A stretch of DNA of 58,914 nt from a virus (lineage: Duplodnaviria > Caudoviricetes): positions 1 to 58,914 of the IMG/VR virus record IMGVR_UViG_3300031565_014856. One strand, 5' to 3'. Below are positions 54,699 through 58,914 of the stretch, piece after piece. The translations under genes were made by a program, and so were the position numbers. Each line of letters starts with the position of its first letter. Position 1 is the stretch's first letter. The notes under the pieces were generated by a model that saw only the letters and a list, made by a program, of their open reading frames with translations, was not told where the DNA came from and searched no databases.

Positions 54699-55182
54699 AA
54701 AAATAGATTTTAATGTCAGACCTTTTACGATAATTTCCTCGGGAAACGTAAACCTTCTTGGCTTTATTCCACTTGTTTACTTGTAACCCACTCCATTTAA
54801 CAATCTCCTTTGGGACTTGTTTCATGTTGTGTCCACGGTTACGAGCTTGAGCGATTTTCGAGAGTACATACGCTATGGCGCGTAATTCATACCCTTTGTT
54901 ATAAAACCCGTGTTCGTGTAGTTTCTGAATTGCAAATTGCTCTGCTTCGTACTCCTCAGCATAACGAGTTTTGCCTGATTCTTCAAGATGTCCTAACACT
55001 ACGTGTCCAATCTCATGAAAGCACACTCCAAGTGTATCATAGTCAACAGGTTTTGGTATCTTGATTTCTGTCGAACCGTAATAGGCCAAACCACATGAAG
55101 ACTTGCTCCACTGTTTGACTGTAATACCGCGTTGAGACAACTCATTTTCTACGATGCATTGCATCGCTTCTAATTTACTCAT
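54691..55182 (-). CDS. HExxH zinc metallopeptidase-like protein
   Basis: FHEIGHVVLGH...EYEAEQFA. Confidence 0.7.
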   Translation of the reverse strand: MSKLEAMQCIVENELSQRGITVKQWSKSSCGLAYYGSTEIKIPKPVDYDTLGVCFHEIGHVVLGHLEESGKTRYAEEYEAEQFAIQKLHEHGFYNKGYELRAIAYVLSKIAQARNRGHNMKQVPKEIVKWSGLQVNKWNKAKKVYVSRGNYRKRSDIKIYFYG

Positions 55183-55465
55183 ATCAAAGAACTTTTAGTT
55201 TATAAGGTAAATATAAGCATTTTTTCCGAGACTAAAAAATTAATTTTTAACAAAATCTTAACATGAGGCTGAAAACCAACCTCTTGGGGAGCATATAACT
55301 AAAGTCTTTACGCCTCGGGAAAGAAAGTCTTGCACCTGCGACCCCTGCCCGCCCGCGTATATGGAATAAATAATAAAAGGTTTTAAATCTTAACCGAACT
55401 TTAACATCCAAGAATGTCCAAACCCCACGAAATTTATTAAATTAGCTTAAAATAACTATGTACTG

Positions 55466-55711
55466 ATGGGAAAATCTTATCGTAAAACCCCAATCATTGG
55501 CATTGCCGGTGACTCAGAAAAGAAAGACAAGCAAATTGCTAACGGAAAATTCCGAAAAAGATCCAAACAAAAGCTTCACGAAGAAGATCTCGATGGATTA
55601 CCATACGATCTCGATGAAGTCTACAATAAATGGTCCATGGCCAAAGACGGAAAGACTTATCTCGATCCCGACTCCGATTATTATAAAGAAGGAAAGTGGC
55701 GTAGAAAATAA
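55466..55711 (+). CDS. small basic hypothetical protein
   Basis: MGKSYRKTP..., clean ORF at start of the plus-strand cluster. Confidence 0.65.
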   Translation: MGKSYRKTPIIGIAGDSEKKDKQIANGKFRKRSKQKLHEEDLDGLPYDLDEVYNKWSMAKDGKTYLDPDSDYYKEGKWRRK

Positions 55712-55747
55712 TTTTTATTTCTCAGATTTTTTGATTATATTTGTCAT

Positions 55748-56911
55748 ATGAAGTACATGCTTACATATGAGGATGGACAAGAAGTCTGCAAACACTACAA
55801 GAACTTCAATTTTTCTGAACACCAATTTCGAATAAGAGGTTTTAAAGTGTCTACGTTTGATTATTTCATATGTGGTTATAACGATTTCGCGAAGCCCCTT
55901 CCACACAAGTCCGAAGTGAATGCGTTTGATATGAGGGGTGTGACGTTCGTCTTTAATAAAGATGGAACTTTGTGGAATAAATTCTTCATGTTGCCAAAGT
56001 TCTTCAACCTGAATCAAATCGAGGAAACTCAATATCTTAAGGTAAAAGATAAGAAGATCAAACACATTTCTTGTAAGGAAGACGGATCATTGGTAACATT
56101 CATGATGACTCCTGACGAAAAGCTGTTTTCCAAGACCATAAGAGGATTTGATAACGATCAGGCGGTGGCTGCCATGAATTTACTTGGCGCATGGGAAGAA
56201 CGTATGATATGGGTGAAAACTCTTCTTCGACAGGGACTAACCCCGTTGTTTGAATACGTGTCTTGGGATAACAGAATCGTTCTAAAATATTCTAAGCCAC
56301 AGTTGAGATTCATTGGGGTAAGAGATAGTTACAATGGAATGTTCTTTCCTGCCTCTGAGATGAACCAGGCTTACATCCCTGAAGGTGTATATGTTATACC
56401 CAAGGTAGATGCGACTCTCGATGAGTTGATTGAGTTATCTAAGACCGAGGAGAACATTGAAGGATGGGTTGTGATATTCGAAGATGGTACCATGATCAAG
56501 ATCAAGACCCTGTGGTACTTTAACATACACGGTGTGAGAACCGAAAGCATCTTTAGAGAGGATTACATCATTAAGAATTATTATGAAGAAACACTGGATG
56601 ATGTGTTGGCGCAGTTGGATCCAAATGAAGACAAAGATGCGTTTGATTTTGTTAACGTGGTAACACACGCCATTGATAAGTATTCTAATCACATTGATGA
56701 ATGTGTAGAGGAAATGGCGAACCAATTGAATTTGAATTATAATGAAGATTGGAGCAAATTTGCCACAGAAATGCACAAGAAACCATACTTCCAATATGTA
56801 AAATTTTGGATACAGGATAAGAATGAATACAAGAAGCGTAAGATAGAAAATGTGTTGGCACTTACGTATAGATTAAAAAGAGCCCAACAAATAGTGGAAA
56901 AATGGAAATAG
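55748..56911 (+). CDS. T4 Rnl1-like RNA ligase
   Basis: PKFFNLNQ, KEDGSL (motif I), FEYVSWDNRIV, EGWV, KIKT.WY. Confidence 0.88.
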   Translation: MKYMLTYEDGQEVCKHYKNFNFSEHQFRIRGFKVSTFDYFICGYNDFAKPLPHKSEVNAFDMRGVTFVFNKDGTLWNKFFMLPKFFNLNQIEETQYLKVKDKKIKHISCKEDGSLVTFMMTPDEKLFSKTIRGFDNDQAVAAMNLLGAWEERMIWVKTLLRQGLTPLFEYVSWDNRIVLKYSKPQLRFIGVRDSYNGMFFPASEMNQAYIPEGVYVIPKVDATLDELIELSKTEENIEGWVVIFEDGTMIKIKTLWYFNIHGVRTESIFREDYIIKNYYEETLDDVLAQLDPNEDKDAFDFVNVVTHAIDKYSNHIDECVEEMANQLNLNYNEDWSKFATEMHKKPYFQYVKFWIQDKNEYKKRKIENVLALTYRLKRAQQIVEKWK

Positions 56912-57945
56912 TGGTTTTAAATAGAGATGACTTTCGTAACGGTGTTTTCGAACGCGATGGTTACCAATGTGTGATTTGTAAAGAACCCGCTGTTGATGCT
57001 CACCACATCATGGAAAGACGATTGTTTGCCAATGGTGGATACTTTCTTGATAATGGTGCATCGCTCTGTGAGAAGCATCACCTTGAAGCAGAAATGACTA
57101 CTTTAGATTGTGATACCATACGTTCTGCCGCGGGCATAACGCGCGTTATATTACCAGACCATCTCTATACCGAAGTGGAATATGATAAGTGGGGTAACGA
57201 AATACTTAAAAGCGGTGAGCGATTGCAAGGAGAATTGTTTAATGATGAATCAGTTCAAAAGATACTTAAACAAGGAAACGTACTTGGTGATTTTACAAAC
57301 AGAATCAAATATCCAAGAACGTATCACTTACCTTGGTCTCCAGGGATGAATAGGGATGATCGAATGATGACAGATGTGGGTATATTTGATGGCCAACAAG
57401 TGATGATATGTGAGAAACTTGATGGAGAAAACACGACCTGGTATAAAGATCACATGCACGCAAGATCAATAAATACAGATTCACACCCATCAAGAAATTG
57501 GGTAAAGAATTTATGGGCCCAAAAGGCGTACAATATTCCTGATGGGTGGAGAGTGTGTGGCGAGAATTTGTTTGCAAAACACGCCATACATTATGCTGAA
57601 GAAAACGGAAACGCCCTTAAAACATTTTTCTATATGTTCTCTATATGGGACGAAAGAAATGTGTGTTTAAGTTGGAAAGAAACAAAAGAATGGGCGGAAC
57701 TGTTAGAACTTGATTTAGTCCCAGTTTATTACGAAGGAGTTTACGATGAAGATGTAATAGAAAGGATTAATAAAACCATGGAACAAAATCCAGGAACTGT
57801 TGAGGGATATGTAATTCGTTTAACGAGGGAATATCACTATTCAGAGTTCAGGAATGTTTGTGGGAAATACGTAAGAAAAAACCACGTCCAAAACAACCAC
57901 GGACATTGGGCCCAACAAAAAATAACAAAGAATGAGCTCATATAG
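56902..57945 (+). CDS. RNA ligase with N-terminal HNH-like domain
   Basis: N-term RDGYQCVIC..DAHHI..NGASLC..HH; ligase KYPRTYHLPWS, EKLDGEN, GEN, EGYVIR, KYVR. Confidence 0.85.
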   Translation: MEIVVLNRDDFRNGVFERDGYQCVICKEPAVDAHHIMERRLFANGGYFLDNGASLCEKHHLEAEMTTLDCDTIRSAAGITRVILPDHLYTEVEYDKWGNEILKSGERLQGELFNDESVQKILKQGNVLGDFTNRIKYPRTYHLPWSPGMNRDDRMMTDVGIFDGQQVMICEKLDGENTTWYKDHMHARSINTDSHPSRNWVKNLWAQKAYNIPDGWRVCGENLFAKHAIHYAEENGNALKTFFYMFSIWDERNVCLSWKETKEWAELLELDLVPVYYEGVYDEDVIERINKTMEQNPGTVEGYVIRLTREYHYSEFRNVCGKYVRKNHVQNNHGHWAQQKITKNELI

Positions 57946-58147
57946 TATGATGTGGGAATGGGAAAAGGAACAGGAAAAGATTGTGCCAAAACCCATAGAT
58001 GAAAATTGCAAAGAGGGACAACGTATCTTTTGGATTCAATTTGGAAATGATACAAGATATGAAGGGACCCTTAAAAAATGGAAAAATGGCGGGCAATTTG
58101 CCGATATTGAAATGGATGATGGTAGCATAATAGAATTTGAATTTTAA
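57932..58147 (+). CDS. hypothetical protein
   Basis: tiled ORF. Confidence 0.5.
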   Translation: MSSYSMMWEWEKEQEKIVPKPIDENCKEGQRIFWIQFGNDTRYEGTLKKWKNGGQFADIEMDDGSIIEFEF

Positions 58148-58652
58148 AAAAGAAAAAATGGACGACCAAGCTAAAATTTACGTGATGCCGAAAGTTCAGT
58201 TTCACGACACTCTAAACAAAAATGATATCGATGATATGAATGTCGATGAATTTGTAAAAATTGCTTTCATAAGCATAAATGATTCTGATGGTGAGTATTA
58301 CCACCAACCGTTATTTCACCATGATCACCATAATGTTTTAAATCTATGGTTTGATGATGTTGAACACGATTTGGAAATTTCTCCAACAAACAAAGGTGTG
58401 AACAGTGCTTTTTCTAAAGAACAAGCAAAGAAAATAATTGAGTTTTTGGAATCAAACAAGCACGCAAAAACTGTATTGATTCATTGCGCTGCTGGTATAA
58501 GCAGAAGTGGTGCAGTGGGAAGGGTGGCGTTGGAATATCTTCAAGGCAACAGAGAACAATTCAAAATGAATAATAATCAAATAAGCCCCAATCCGCGAGT
58601 CGAAAGAATGTTAAATGAAGCATGGAGGGAATCAAAACAAAATCGTAGATAA
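58137..58652 (+). CDS. dual-specificity/tyrosine-phosphatase-like protein
   Basis: HCAAGISRS (CX5R), FDD loop, PN motif. Confidence 0.85.
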   Translation: MNFKKEKMDDQAKIYVMPKVQFHDTLNKNDIDDMNVDEFVKIAFISINDSDGEYYHQPLFHHDHHNVLNLWFDDVEHDLEISPTNKGVNSAFSKEQAKKIIEFLESNKHAKTVLIHCAAGISRSGAVGRVALEYLQGNREQFKMNNNQISPNPRVERMLNEAWRESKQNRR

Positions 58653-58653
58653 A

Positions 58654-58914
58654 ATGGATGCAACAAAGAAAACACCGTGTCCCAGCTGTGACTGTGACAA
58701 AATGGGTGGATGGGGAGGAAGCTTTGGGGGTAGAATAAATTCATGGAAGCTGAAGTGTCCCGAATGCGATTTTACAATCCTCATAGTCCCAATGAAACCT
58801 AAGTATGAATATACTATCTCTGCTCGTTCTGAAGAAGAAATAATAGAACGTGAAGAAAAACGGAACGAATGGAGCATTAAAAGAGACAAATTAAAAAAAT
58901 TAAGAGAAGAAATT
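58654..58914 (+). CDS. hypothetical Zn-ribbon protein, truncated by window end
   Basis: MDATKKTPCPSC...CPEC; open to the end. Confidence 0.5.
   Translation, partial: MDATKKTPCPSCDCDKMGGWGGSFGGRINSWKLKCPECDFTILIVPMKPKYEYTISARSEEEIIEREEKRNEWSIKRDKLKKLREEI

Noticed and set aside
474-55064. Numerous plus-strand ORFs antisense to the tiled minus-strand genes
   Set aside because: Shadow ORFs fully overlapping better-supported genes, with biased F/S/I/L composition.
55715-58889. Minus-strand ORFs 55715, 56435, 57305, 57837, 58632
   Set aside because: Antisense shadows of the plus-strand ligase/phosphatase cluster.
1-58914. Genome-wide TAG reassignment
   Set aside because: All long genes are intact under code 11 and several end at TAG (e.g. 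23790, 24838, 29716, 31064, 44225, 50374, 56911). Only the Pth2-like gene is interrupted. Recoding elsewhere in the genome cannot be excluded.

Overview
AT-rich, gene-dense segment of a large (jumbo-type) dsDNA phage genome. The host is probably a Bacteroidota member: a TAnnTTTG/TATATTAGC promoter element recurs about 18 times and most genes lack Shine-Dalgarno sites. About 110 ORFs are tiled on the minus strand up to ~55.2 kb, and a plus-strand RNA-repair cluster follows. Recognisable genes include NAD salvage (pncB, pncA, nadE), an HD alarmone-hydrolase-like protein, dCMP deaminase, cold-shock protein, a Ro60/TROVE protein, APS kinase, two Pth2-like proteins, ClpP, HNH nuclease, glucosaminidase, 5'-3' exonuclease, clamp loader, DNA ligase, rhomboid, SPFH, an OmpR-like regulator, a PNK-like kinase, two RNA ligases and a CX5R phosphatase. 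There are about 20 tRNA genes. The most striking signal is a family of at least five non-coding RNAs that share one covarying bipartite motif (UAGUAA...AG(A/U)G-WUWCWUCG / C(U/A)CU...AAUUUUCU). Two copies lie in the leader of the Ro60 gene. Three are grafted onto tRNA bodies in three different topologies: replacing the acceptor stem, circularly permuted, and inserted in the D-loop. This is a candidate new phage Ro/Y-RNA system with probable autoregulatory attenuation. A second unusual module pairs an amber-suppressor tRNA(CUA) with a Pth2-like gene interrupted by TAG at codon 5. Leader-peptide attenuators precede the tRNA operon and an RNase H-like gene. All functional calls come from motif recognition by eye, and no database searches were run.
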